The notes below the pieces were generated by a model. The model made no database searches, was not told the origin of the DNA, and saw only the letters and a program-made list of their open reading frames with translations. This document shows positions 49,599 through 57,727 of a DNA stretch of 64,000 nucleotides, piece after piece (positions within the stretch are counted from its first letter, which is position 1; every line of letters starts with the position of its first letter). The position numbers and the translations under genes are program-made. Source of the DNA: Fimbriimonadales bacterium (lineage in GTDB: Bacteria; Armatimonadota; Fimbriimonadia; Fimbriimonadales; JABRVX01); contig BTVI01000013.1 of NCBI GenBank assembly GCA_045862955.1, positions 16,124 through 80,123 of the forward strand, in the 5' to 3' direction.

Positions 49599-50810
49599 GT
49601 GAAGCGCTGCGTGGCATTCATCGAGGCACGCGGCTTCTACCTCGCCGCGATGCGCATTCACCCGGAGCACCCTGGCGCAGTGGCCGTCGGCAAGCGAGTG
49701 CTGGAAGCCAACGCCCCCGCGCGCCGCAAGGGCGTGGAAGACGGCATGCTCCTGACTTCCGCCTACTCCTTCGCCCCGGAGCTGACGGTATTGGAGTACG
49801 ACCGCGACCGGGAACGAGAAACGAAGCGTCGTTGGCTGAACCCGTGCGCTCGTGTCAGCTCGCTGATCGAGCCCGTCTCGCCACACGCAGCCTTCGTAGA
49901 CCTTTCACACGCGCCCACACCGGGTCAGGAGCTGCACGACCTGCTTCGGGCGATTGCCGAGGCCATTGCCGGCATCACCCCCGTTGCGGGTCTCTCCACC
50001 AACAAGACCCTCGCCGTTCTCGCCTGCCGCCGCGCCACCGAGGAGTGGAGTGCCGCGACGGTGCAGCCGCCCGAGCCGAACCGACGTGAGCAGCCGTTTT
50101 TCTCCTTCTTCCTTCCCAAGCGGGCGCAGGCAGAGTTCCTCCGCAGGCTTCCGGTGGTGGAGCTGCCGGTGGACCCTGGTCTGCTTCAGCGCATTCTTCG
50201 GCTCGGCATGCACACGCTGGGCAACCTGCTACCTGTTCCCGAAGCAGAGATGGTGCGACGTTTCGGCCCCGAAGGGCGAAGGCTTTACCAACTGATCCGA
50301 GGGCACGATCCGGAGCCAGTGCGTGCGCTGTACCCTCCTCGCACGCTCACTCTGCACTCTCCTTCCACGGAGATTGACAACGAGCAGGTGGCCCTGTGGG
50401 TGTTGGATAAAGTAGCCGACGCGGCATCCGAGCATCTAACCCGCGAAGACGGATGGGCAAGGCATATTATCCTGGAGGTCGAGACCGAAAAGGACACGCT
50501 CGTACAAGCGGCGGAACTGCCATCACCTATCCGAGAGCCCGCTCGAGTGCGTTCCGTGTGCCGACGCCTCTTCCGAAGGGCTTCTCCTGCTTCGGCGATT
50601 CATCGGCTCACGTTGCGGATGGAGCTCGATCCTGCTCCTGCAACGGGACAGCCCGACCTGTTTTCGGATCCGATGGCCGCAGCACGTCGCACGCTCCTCG
50701 AGAGCGCGGTGCGCTGGGCATGCCGACGTTTCGGCGAAAGGGCGGTGCTTCGCGATCCGCCTTCGCCACGCCGAGAGCGTCTTCGTGCGTTTTACGAATT
50801 GCCGGGGTAA
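49599..50810 (+). CDS. Inactive Y-family DNA polymerase homolog (ImuB-like)
   Basis: VLEAN..AR..GV..GM, IEPVSPHAAFVDL, GLSTNKTLA, LGM.TLG.L, RRFG; clamp motif QPDLF; catalytic acids absent. Confidence 0.8.
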   Translation: MKRCVAFIEARGFYLAAMRIHPEHPGAVAVGKRVLEANAPARRKGVEDGMLLTSAYSFAPELTVLEYDRDRERETKRRWLNPCARVSSLIEPVSPHAAFVDLSHAPTPGQELHDLLRAIAEAIAGITPVAGLSTNKTLAVLACRRATEEWSAATVQPPEPNRREQPFFSFFLPKRAQAEFLRRLPVVELPVDPGLLQRILRLGMHTLGNLLPVPEAEMVRRFGPEGRRLYQLIRGHDPEPVRALYPPRTLTLHSPSTEIDNEQVALWVLDKVADAASEHLTREDGWARHIILEVETEKDTLVQAAELPSPIREPARVRSVCRRLFRRASPASAIHRLTLRMELDPAPATGQPDLFSDPMAAARRTLLESAVRWACRRFGERAVLRDPPSPRRERLRAFYELPG

Positions 50811-51022
50811 GTGATGCTACGAATACCACCCATCGCCATGGAGCCTCCGTCGCCTCCGCCAGAGCAGAGCAAACCCGTCGAGGTCTGCCCTCCCGCCTCG
50901 ACTTTGCGCCCTGTACCCGCTCCCGCACGGCCACCATCGCCGGATGATGCCTCCGAGTCGCAGGCAGACTCGCCCGGATCCGTCATGCCGACGGGTAGCG
51001 TTCAAAGGCACCCGGAGTCGAT

Positions 51023-51133
51023 TCCGTCATGCTGAGCCTGTCGAAGCATGGCGGTGGATGCCGCACCGTCAATATCCTGGGTCGGTATCGTGCGGCTCTC
51101 GAGCGCATGCTTCGACAGGCTCAGCATGACGGA
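51023..51133. repeat. REPIN-like element, family A
   Basis: Perfect 28-bp inverted repeat TCCGTCATGCTGAGCCTGTCGAAGCATG with 55-nt spacer. Confidence 0.88.
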
Positions 51134-51178
51134 GCGGGGCTCTTGCATGGCGGTCTAGGGAGCGTGCAAGACAATGTA

Positions 51179-51274
51179 GCGGCATTGCCAGACGACCCGA
51201 GAACACCCACCCAGGCGCTAAGGGAAGCTCGCGAAGAGTGGCGGCATTGCCAGACGATCCGAGAACCTCCACCC
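51179..51274 (+). repeat. 34-bp direct repeat, two copies, 62-bp period
   Basis: GCGGCATTGCCAGACGAYCCGAGAAC..CCACCC at 51179 and 51241, 31/34 identical. Confidence 0.8.
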
Positions 51275-51288
51275 CACCCATCTAGGCC

Positions 51289-51696
51289 ATGACCCGTTTC
51301 ATCGAGCAACCCGTGCACATCGAGGAGGGGGACGACGGTCGCCCCACCGTCATCTACTGGCCCACCGGGCGCGAGTGTGTAGTCGGCTGCCTGGAGCACT
51401 GGGTCGAGGTCGGCGAGTGGTGGATGGGCGAGCGCCCGAAGAGCTTCTACCGCGTGCTGACCGACCGCAACCGGGTGTACGAGCTGTACCGAGAGTTGTC
51501 CCCCATCGAAGGCAGGCAACCGAAAACGCGCTACGCAGATCGGGAACGAGAGCACGAAGGCGACGCAAGGCCCACGGACACCAAGCATCTCGCCGATTTC
51601 CACCTGACGCCGGCCTCGGCGCGAGCCGCGCGCCACACCACCCTCCCGCAAGAAGCTCCGAACTGCCGATGGATACTGTATAAGGCCCTAGATTGA
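51289..51696 (+). CDS. DUF6504-like protein (resembles the ImuB C-terminal domain)
   Basis: GRP..IYW..GRE..V..CLEHW.E.GEWW......FYRV......VYELYR ... WILYKALD. Confidence 0.7.
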   Translation: MTRFIEQPVHIEEGDDGRPTVIYWPTGRECVVGCLEHWVEVGEWWMGERPKSFYRVLTDRNRVYELYRELSPIEGRQPKTRYADREREHEGDARPTDTKHLADFHLTPASARAARHTTLPQEAPNCRWILYKALD

Positions 51697-51738
51697 CCTG
51701 GTTTGGGCCAGAGAGATCGCGTGAAATCGAGCCTCGGC

Positions 51739-51767
51739 TTGCAATTCCCGTGACTCTTTGCTAAACT
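51739..51767 (+). promoter_or_regulatory. Sigma70-type promoter of the RRM gene
   Basis: TTGCAA-17 nt-TAAACT with extended TG. Confidence 0.65.
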
Positions 51768-51854
51768 AACGTGTCGTCTGTATGTCGTGCAGCTTCGAGA
51801 GGGCCTCCTTGGAGCGGCCGGCAGTTCAGTGGCTCAACATTTCAGGAGGCAGCA

Positions 51855-52166
51855 TTGGGTAAGAAGCTGTACATCGGCAATCTTGCATACGACGTCACTC
51901 AGGAGGAACTCCAGGACGTCTTCTCCCAGGCAGGTACCGTTACCTCGGTTAGCGTGGTGGCGGACAAATTCTCAGGACAGTCGCGCGGCTTTGCGTTCGT
52001 CGAGATGTCGTCGGACGAAGAGGCGAAGGAAGCCATAAGCAAGCTCGACGGATACTCAATGAAGGGCAGAAACCTTCGCGTGGACGAGGCTCGTCCTCGC
52101 GAGCCCGGCCGATTCCCCTCCGGCGGCGGTGGGCAGTCGGGTGGCGGCCGAAAGCCGCGTTGGTAA
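51855..52166 (+). CDS. RRM RNA-binding protein with Gly-rich tail
   Basis: RNP2 LYIGNL, RNP1 RGFAFVEM; AGGAGG SD 5 nt before TTG 51855. Confidence 0.93.
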   Translation: MGKKLYIGNLAYDVTQEELQDVFSQAGTVTSVSVVADKFSGQSRGFAFVEMSSDEEAKEAISKLDGYSMKGRNLRVDEARPREPGRFPSGGGGQSGGGRKPRW

Positions 52167-52244
52167 GCAGCCTCCTGTGACCTTGTAGAAGCTGGTGTCC
52201 GCCGCACCGAGGCCCGACGGCGGAGAAGCAGATAGAGGTAGTAA

Positions 52245-52276
52245 GTCGGCCCCGAGGTTTCTTCCTCGGGGCCGAC
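52245..52276 (+). terminator. Intrinsic terminator
   Basis: GTCGGCCCCGAGG-TTTCTT-CCTCGGGGCCGAC then GCTTT. Confidence 0.75.
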
Positions 52277-52405
52277 GCTTTGCATGCCACGAGTGCGGGA
52301 CCGTGCGAGCGGGTTCGCGCAGTCGCAAAGCCGCGAACTACCGTACGGTGCGTCCCTCGTAACCCCTCGTAGTGGATCACACGGAGCAGCGTGCGTGGTG
52401 CGTGA

Positions 52406-53548
52406 CTAGATGACCGTTGTCTCGATGCGGAGGTTGGGATCGGAGAAGCGCTCAACGCGGAAGGTGGAGACGTCGAATTCGGAGCGGCCGGTTAGTGCCA
52501 GGTCGGCGATGATCTCCCCCACCTTTGGCGCGAGCATGAATCCGTGGCCCGAGTAGCCGACTGCTGTGAGCAGACCCTTGGGAGAGTCGAATGCCTGGAT
52601 GATGGGACGGTGGTCGGGACTCATGTCATAGGTGCCCGCCCACTGGCGCTGCACGCGCACATCCCGCAGACAGGGGAACAGCGTTAGCACCTTGCGCGCT
52701 GCCATCTCGGAGTAGGCGAACGAGGATGCCTGGCTCATGGTGTCCATCTCCTCCTCACCCTCCTCACACTCGGCGACGAACTCGCCACGCATGGTCTGCA
52801 CCATCGAGTGGCCTCGCAGCGACACGACCATCGGGTCCAGGAACGGCCGGATCGGCTCCGTCACCAGCACTTCCCTCTTCATCGCCCTCAGAGGCAACGC
52901 GATGCCGAGAGGCTTCAGTAGGTCCACGCTGTGCATGCCCGCCGCACAGATGACGATGTTCGAGCCGATGAAGCCCTTCGATGTCTCTACCCCGATGACT
53001 CGACCGCCGGCGGTCTCGATCCGCTCTACGGGGGTGAACGTCTCTATGGTCGCACCTTGCTTCCTCGCTTTCTCCGCGAGTCCCCACGTCACCGCGAAAT
53101 GTACGGCGATCCCGTCCTTCGGGTTGAAACAGCCTCCCACCACCGTGTCCGTGCAGAGCGCCGGCGCAAGGCGCTTCATCTCCCCAACCGTTACCAGCCG
53201 GCTATGTACGCCGAAGCGGTTCTGCACCTCCGAGTTGCGCCGGAAGTGCTCCAGGTCGTTCTCGTCGAAGGCCAGGAACAGGTAACCGCCTTGCCGGAAA
53301 AGGGGGTCGAAGCCGAGCATGTGCCCCAGCCGTTCGTAGAGCCGCTGAGCCCCGAGGGCCAGCCTGATGTCTGGCTCGTTGGCGAACTGCGCGCGAATGC
53401 CACCCATGCACCGACCCGTGGCTCCGCACGAGATGTACCCCTTGTCCAGCACGAGCACATCGTTCATGCCTCGTGCGGTGAGCCAGTAGGCGATGGCCAG
53501 TCCCGAAGCGCCCGCACCGATGATGACGGCGTCCGCACGCTTCTTCAC
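52406..53548 (-). CDS. FAD-dependent oxidoreductase, sarcosine oxidase/proline dehydrogenase beta-like
   Basis: IIGAGASG, GATGRCMGGIRAQF, RQWAG.YD.SPD..P, GYSGHGFM. Confidence 0.9.
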   Translation of the reverse strand: MKKRADAVIIGAGASGLAIAYWLTARGMNDVLVLDKGYISCGATGRCMGGIRAQFANEPDIRLALGAQRLYERLGHMLGFDPLFRQGGYLFLAFDENDLEHFRRNSEVQNRFGVHSRLVTVGEMKRLAPALCTDTVVGGCFNPKDGIAVHFAVTWGLAEKARKQGATIETFTPVERIETAGGRVIGVETSKGFIGSNIVICAAGMHSVDLLKPLGIALPLRAMKREVLVTEPIRPFLDPMVVSLRGHSMVQTMRGEFVAECEEGEEEMDTMSQASSFAYSEMAARKVLTLFPCLRDVRVQRQWAGTYDMSPDHRPIIQAFDSPKGLLTAVGYSGHGFMLAPKVGEIIADLALTGRSEFDVSTFRVERFSDPNLRIETTVI

Positions 53549-55146
53549 GGCTTCTTCTCCGCCTCCGCCGCAAGCGCCCCGAACGACACCGAGACTACGG
53601 GTGGACGCTGCGTGGTGATCGGCACATGGTCCATGGGCACGCCGTTCACGAACGACGTCAGCTCACGGGCGCGATGCAAGCAGTACTTGCCCTGACAAAG
53701 TCCCATGGACATGCTGGTGTATCGCTTGGCCGACTCGATGTCCGGGAAGTCGCCCTCGAGCGCTTCGGCGAACTCCTCCTCGGTGACATCCTCGCAGAAG
53801 CACAACATCGCCCCGGCCACAGGCCCCTGAACTCGGTACTGCCCGTTTTTCGAAGGCGCAGGCGTCCAGGATGGGATGTCGCCTTCGAGGGCTCGCGCCA
53901 CCGCGGCACCGGTTTCGGCGCCTCGGCGTGCTGCTTCTGCGTAAGTGCAGTTGCCCGCCGCTTCTCCCGTCACGAACACGTCGGGACGTGAAGACACGCC
54001 GCCTTCGCCCAAGAGTGCCACTGCGGCCCCTCGCTCGTCCACACCCATGCACAGCCCTGCGTGGTACTGCAGCTCGTACGTAGGAATGGAGCCACAGGTG
54101 ATTAACGCCTCCTCGGGCGAAGGATGCCTCGGCTCGGGCTCGGCCTCGCTGTACACGCCGAGGCGGCTCAGAACCTCGGCAAAGGCTTCGGCTCCCTCCC
54201 CAGCGACGATGCAGCGAGGTGCCGGTGTCACGCCCCAGTCCACCAGCAGTCGCAGGATTGCCCGCTCGCCGAACACGCCGAACTCGTCGTTACCTTCGAA
54301 CGGCGGGATGTAGTCGTACCCGCCCGTCGCCAACACGAGCACTCTGGGCCGGAACTTCTCGATGCCTTCCGGCGTTGCCGCCGCGACTACACCCGCATCG
54401 TACGATACTACCATTCGCCGAAGTCGCACTTCGATGGAGCCGCTGCCGCCCGCGGTGGTGCATCCAGGCCCCGCGCAGCGCTCTGCCACTGCACGTGTAA
54501 GCTCTGCCGAGAGGCGCCTCGCATCGCCCCGGGGATCGAACCGCGCATGCCCACCCAGCTCGAACTGATCGTCTAGGATGATCACGGTCGAAGCCACCCC
54601 GCACACGGCCAGCGCGCACGACAGCCCTGACACCCCGCCGCCCACGACCAGCACGTCCACATCCAACGGCTTCCGCGCGGGTGGAAATGGCTCCGGCTTC
54701 TGGATGCGCAGATCCGCCTTGCCGAACCCGCCCAGCGAACGCACGAAGCGATGAATCCACGGACGAAGCGCCAGCGGACGGATGAACATTCGGTAGTGGA
54801 AGCCGTGAGGCAGGTTCGCGACGATCCCCCCGAGCGGACGAAGGAGGTCGAACTCGGAGTTGGGCCAGCCCGTCTGACTTCGCACGTCCATGCCGGCGCG
54901 TAGAGGCTCCACGCAGCATCGCACGTTGGGCCGGCCATCTATGCTGACGATGCACTGGCCGCAACGCCCGTTGGCGCATCGGACACCGCGCGGGTGACGG
55001 AGCTTCGGGCTTCGGTGGAGGTACTCGATCCCATTAGCCAGCAGAGCTGCGGCCACGGGTTCGCCTTCGTACCCATGGAGCGAGCGGCCGTTGAAGCGAA
55101 AACGAACTTCGGTCCGGTCGCCGACGGTGTGGATTCGCTTTGGCAT
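53545..55146 (-). CDS. 2Fe-2S/FAD oxidoreductase, sarcosine oxidase/proline dehydrogenase alpha-like (short form)
   Basis: GEPVAAALLANG, CANGRCGQC, VVGGGVSG, LATG, C-terminal CFCED..KRYT..GLCQGKYC..QRPP. Confidence 0.85.
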   Translation of the reverse strand: MPKRIHTVGDRTEVRFRFNGRSLHGYEGEPVAAALLANGIEYLHRSPKLRHPRGVRCANGRCGQCIVSIDGRPNVRCCVEPLRAGMDVRSQTGWPNSEFDLLRPLGGIVANLPHGFHYRMFIRPLALRPWIHRFVRSLGGFGKADLRIQKPEPFPPARKPLDVDVLVVGGGVSGLSCALAVCGVASTVIILDDQFELGGHARFDPRGDARRLSAELTRAVAERCAGPGCTTAGGSGSIEVRLRRMVVSYDAGVVAAATPEGIEKFRPRVLVLATGGYDYIPPFEGNDEFGVFGERAILRLLVDWGVTPAPRCIVAGEGAEAFAEVLSRLGVYSEAEPEPRHPSPEEALITCGSIPTYELQYHAGLCMGVDERGAAVALLGEGGVSSRPDVFVTGEAAGNCTYAEAARRGAETGAAVARALEGDIPSWTPAPSKNGQYRVQGPVAGAMLCFCEDVTEEEFAEALEGDFPDIESAKRYTSMSMGLCQGKYCLHRARELTSFVNGVPMDHVPITTQRPPVVSVSFGALAAEAEKKP

Positions 55147-55266
55147 AGCAGGTTTCGGGTCCAGTATACATCGGGATGGGCTTGCCCGTTGCCTGCTAAG
55201 GCTGCCGGCCCGGCGAATGACCTAGATTGCAGAGGACGCCTGGGCTAGGCCGGCGAAACGCAAGCC

Positions 55267-57651
55267 ATGCCGAAACGCTGGATCGCTGTGCTCTGCGCTC
55301 TGCCCTTCATCGCTGCAGCCCTTTTAATTGCGGGCTGGCGGCCCGCGGTCCGCACTCCGGGCCCCCAACGCGACGGAACGATCCTGCTGCCGAATGGCTG
55401 GACGATCTCGCCTGCAGGGCGAGCACTGTCCCTGGGTCCTGGCGCACTCACGATGGCGCAATCGCCCGACGGGAAGCAGCTAGCAGTCCTTCACTGCGGC
55501 GCCGACAAGCATTGGGTGGCTCTCGTGGACGTCGAGACCGAGCGCACGACGGAACGAGTGGATGTCGAGCATGCGTGGCTCGGCATCGCCTACCACCCTA
55601 AGCAGCCGCGACTGTTCGTCAGCGGTGGGGGCTCGGGCAAGGTGTGGGATATCGAGTTGGGAAGTCCGAGCCGGCATCGGGACCCCCTGATCCTGCCCAA
55701 GAAGGGCTTCGTCTCGGGAGTCGCCGTAAGCCCGGATGGTTCGGCTCTCTTCGCAGGCACGGTGGATACGGGCGAGGTGTTTCGCTTCGACCTGGACTCC
55801 GGACAGACGCAGTCCGTACCTACGATGGGGCGAGTCTACGGCCTGACACTTTCCGAAGAGGGCGACAAGCTGTTCGTGTCCGATTGGCTGCGCTCGCGGG
55901 TGTTGGTGTACTCTGCCAAGGACCTGAAACCTCTGGACGCCATCCCGGTGGGTCCGCACCCGAATGCTCTGGCCATGTCGTTGGACAACCGGCTCTTCGT
56001 CGCCTGTGCGGCGGACAACAGCGTCTACGTCATCGATCCGGGACGCAATAGAGTGACTGAGCGCGTTCGCGTGTCCGTTCACCCCCTGGCACCGGAAGGA
56101 AGCTGCCCGACCGACCTGGCGTTCAGTCCCGACGGCCAGCGTCTGTACGTCGCGGTTGCCGATAACAACTGCGTGGCCGTCGTGGACATCTCGGAGCGTG
56201 GTGAGACCGAGTTGCTCGGTTTCATCCCGACGGGGTGGTACACCTGTGCCGTCAGCGTATCGCGCAGCGGCAGGAAGCTGATGGCTCTCGCTTCGAAAGG
56301 GGCCCAGCCGAAAGCAAACTCGGACCGCTCATACATCGCCCGGTTGCTGACATCCGAGGTACGTTTCGTGGACGTGCCGGACGAGCGCTCCCTGAGGCGA
56401 ATGACTGCGCGCGTCGTCCAGAATAGTCCGTATCGTGACTCGCTGCTGAGAGCGGCCGTTCCGGTGCGGGGCAGCGTGCTACCCAGCAGACCCGGCGACC
56501 CATCACCGATTCGCTATGTCATCTACGTGATCAAAGAAAACCGAACCTATGACCAGGTGTTCGGCGACATGCCACAGGGTCGGGGAGACCCTAGCCTGTG
56601 CATCTATGGAGAGGCCATCACCCCCAACCAACACAAGCTGGCGCGGGAGTTCGCCCTGCTGGACAACTTCTACGTGGATGCCGAGGTGAGCGCGGACGGG
56701 CACAATTGGTCCACGGCGGCTTACGCCAACGACTATGTGGAGAAGCGCTGGCCCTACGGCTACGGCGGGCACGGTGGTGGCTACGACTACGAGGGTACCA
56801 ATCCGCTGTCTCGTCCGCGAGCCGGATATATCTGGGATGCCGCTCGACGTGCCGGCGTGTCCTATCGCTCCTACGGGGAGTTCGTGGAGGAGGAGCGGCA
56901 AGGAACCAGTGTCGTCCGGCGCGCGTCCGTCCCGTCGCTCGAAGGGCACTTCTGCCCGGACTTCCCGAGCTACAACCTGCAGGTGAAGGACGTGGACCGT
57001 GTTGCCGTCTGGCTCGAGGAGTTCCGACGCTTCGAGAAGGAAGGGGAGATGCCGAGGCTGCAGATCGTTCGCCTCCCGCAGAACCACACGTCGGGAACGC
57101 GACCCGGCGCGTGGACGCCACGGGCGATGGTGGCGGACAATGATTTGGCGCTCGGACAGCTCGTGGAAGCAGTGACACACAGCAAGTTCTGGCGGCAGAC
57201 CGCAATCTTCGTTCTGGAGGACGATGCGCAGAATGGTCCCGACCACGTAGACGCCCATCGCAGCGTGTGCCTGGTAATCAGCCCCTACTCACGGTTGAGA
57301 GTGACTGACTCCAACCTGTACACCACCTGTTCCGTCCTGCGCACCATTCAATTGCTGCTCGGCCTTCAGCCGCTGAACCAGTACGATGCGGCTGCCGCCC
57401 CTATGTACTCGCTGTTTCGAGGAAAACCGAACACCAAACCCTACAAGGCGGTGGCGAACAGGGTCTCCACGGACGAGCGGAATCCGGAGAACGCCGTCAT
57501 GGCCAGGGAATCGCTCGCGCTCAATCTGGAGGAGTGCGACGCGATGGACATGGCCCTGATGAACCGGGTGCTCTGGGCCGACGCCAAGGGTCCCGGAGTT
57601 CCCTACCCCGTGATCAACCGGACCTCTGTCGGACTGCTGAGCAAGCGCTGA
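55267..57651 (+). CDS. Secreted YncE/YVTN beta-propeller + phosphoesterase (alkaline phosphatase superfamily)
   Basis: LLPNGW, propeller repeats, GFIPTGWY, VIKENRTYDQ, SADGH, EDDAQNGPDHVDAHR. Confidence 0.88.
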   Translation: MPKRWIAVLCALPFIAAALLIAGWRPAVRTPGPQRDGTILLPNGWTISPAGRALSLGPGALTMAQSPDGKQLAVLHCGADKHWVALVDVETERTTERVDVEHAWLGIAYHPKQPRLFVSGGGSGKVWDIELGSPSRHRDPLILPKKGFVSGVAVSPDGSALFAGTVDTGEVFRFDLDSGQTQSVPTMGRVYGLTLSEEGDKLFVSDWLRSRVLVYSAKDLKPLDAIPVGPHPNALAMSLDNRLFVACAADNSVYVIDPGRNRVTERVRVSVHPLAPEGSCPTDLAFSPDGQRLYVAVADNNCVAVVDISERGETELLGFIPTGWYTCAVSVSRSGRKLMALASKGAQPKANSDRSYIARLLTSEVRFVDVPDERSLRRMTARVVQNSPYRDSLLRAAVPVRGSVLPSRPGDPSPIRYVIYVIKENRTYDQVFGDMPQGRGDPSLCIYGEAITPNQHKLAREFALLDNFYVDAEVSADGHNWSTAAYANDYVEKRWPYGYGGHGGGYDYEGTNPLSRPRAGYIWDAARRAGVSYRSYGEFVEEERQGTSVVRRASVPSLEGHFCPDFPSYNLQVKDVDRVAVWLEEFRRFEKEGEMPRLQIVRLPQNHTSGTRPGAWTPRAMVADNDLALGQLVEAVTHSKFWRQTAIFVLEDDAQNGPDHVDAHRSVCLVISPYSRLRVTDSNLYTTCSVLRTIQLLLGLQPLNQYDAAAAPMYSLFRGKPNTKPYKAVANRVSTDERNPENAVMARESLALNLEECDAMDMALMNRVLWADAKGPGVPYPVINRTSVGLLSKR

Positions 57652-57727
57652 GGGGGACGCCCATCCATTTCCGCCGTGCGTGCACGTACTATATGGTGTG
57701 GGCCGAGTGCAAAGGCCTGCGCCTGAG

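Noticed and set aside
51179..51274. CRISPR array
   Set aside because: Only two imperfect, non-palindromic repeats; no leader or cas genes; kept as a direct repeat
51029..51292. ORFs containing MLSLSKH / MLRQAQHD (also 61459-61755, 61582-62088)
   Set aside because: Translations of the REP arms, not genes
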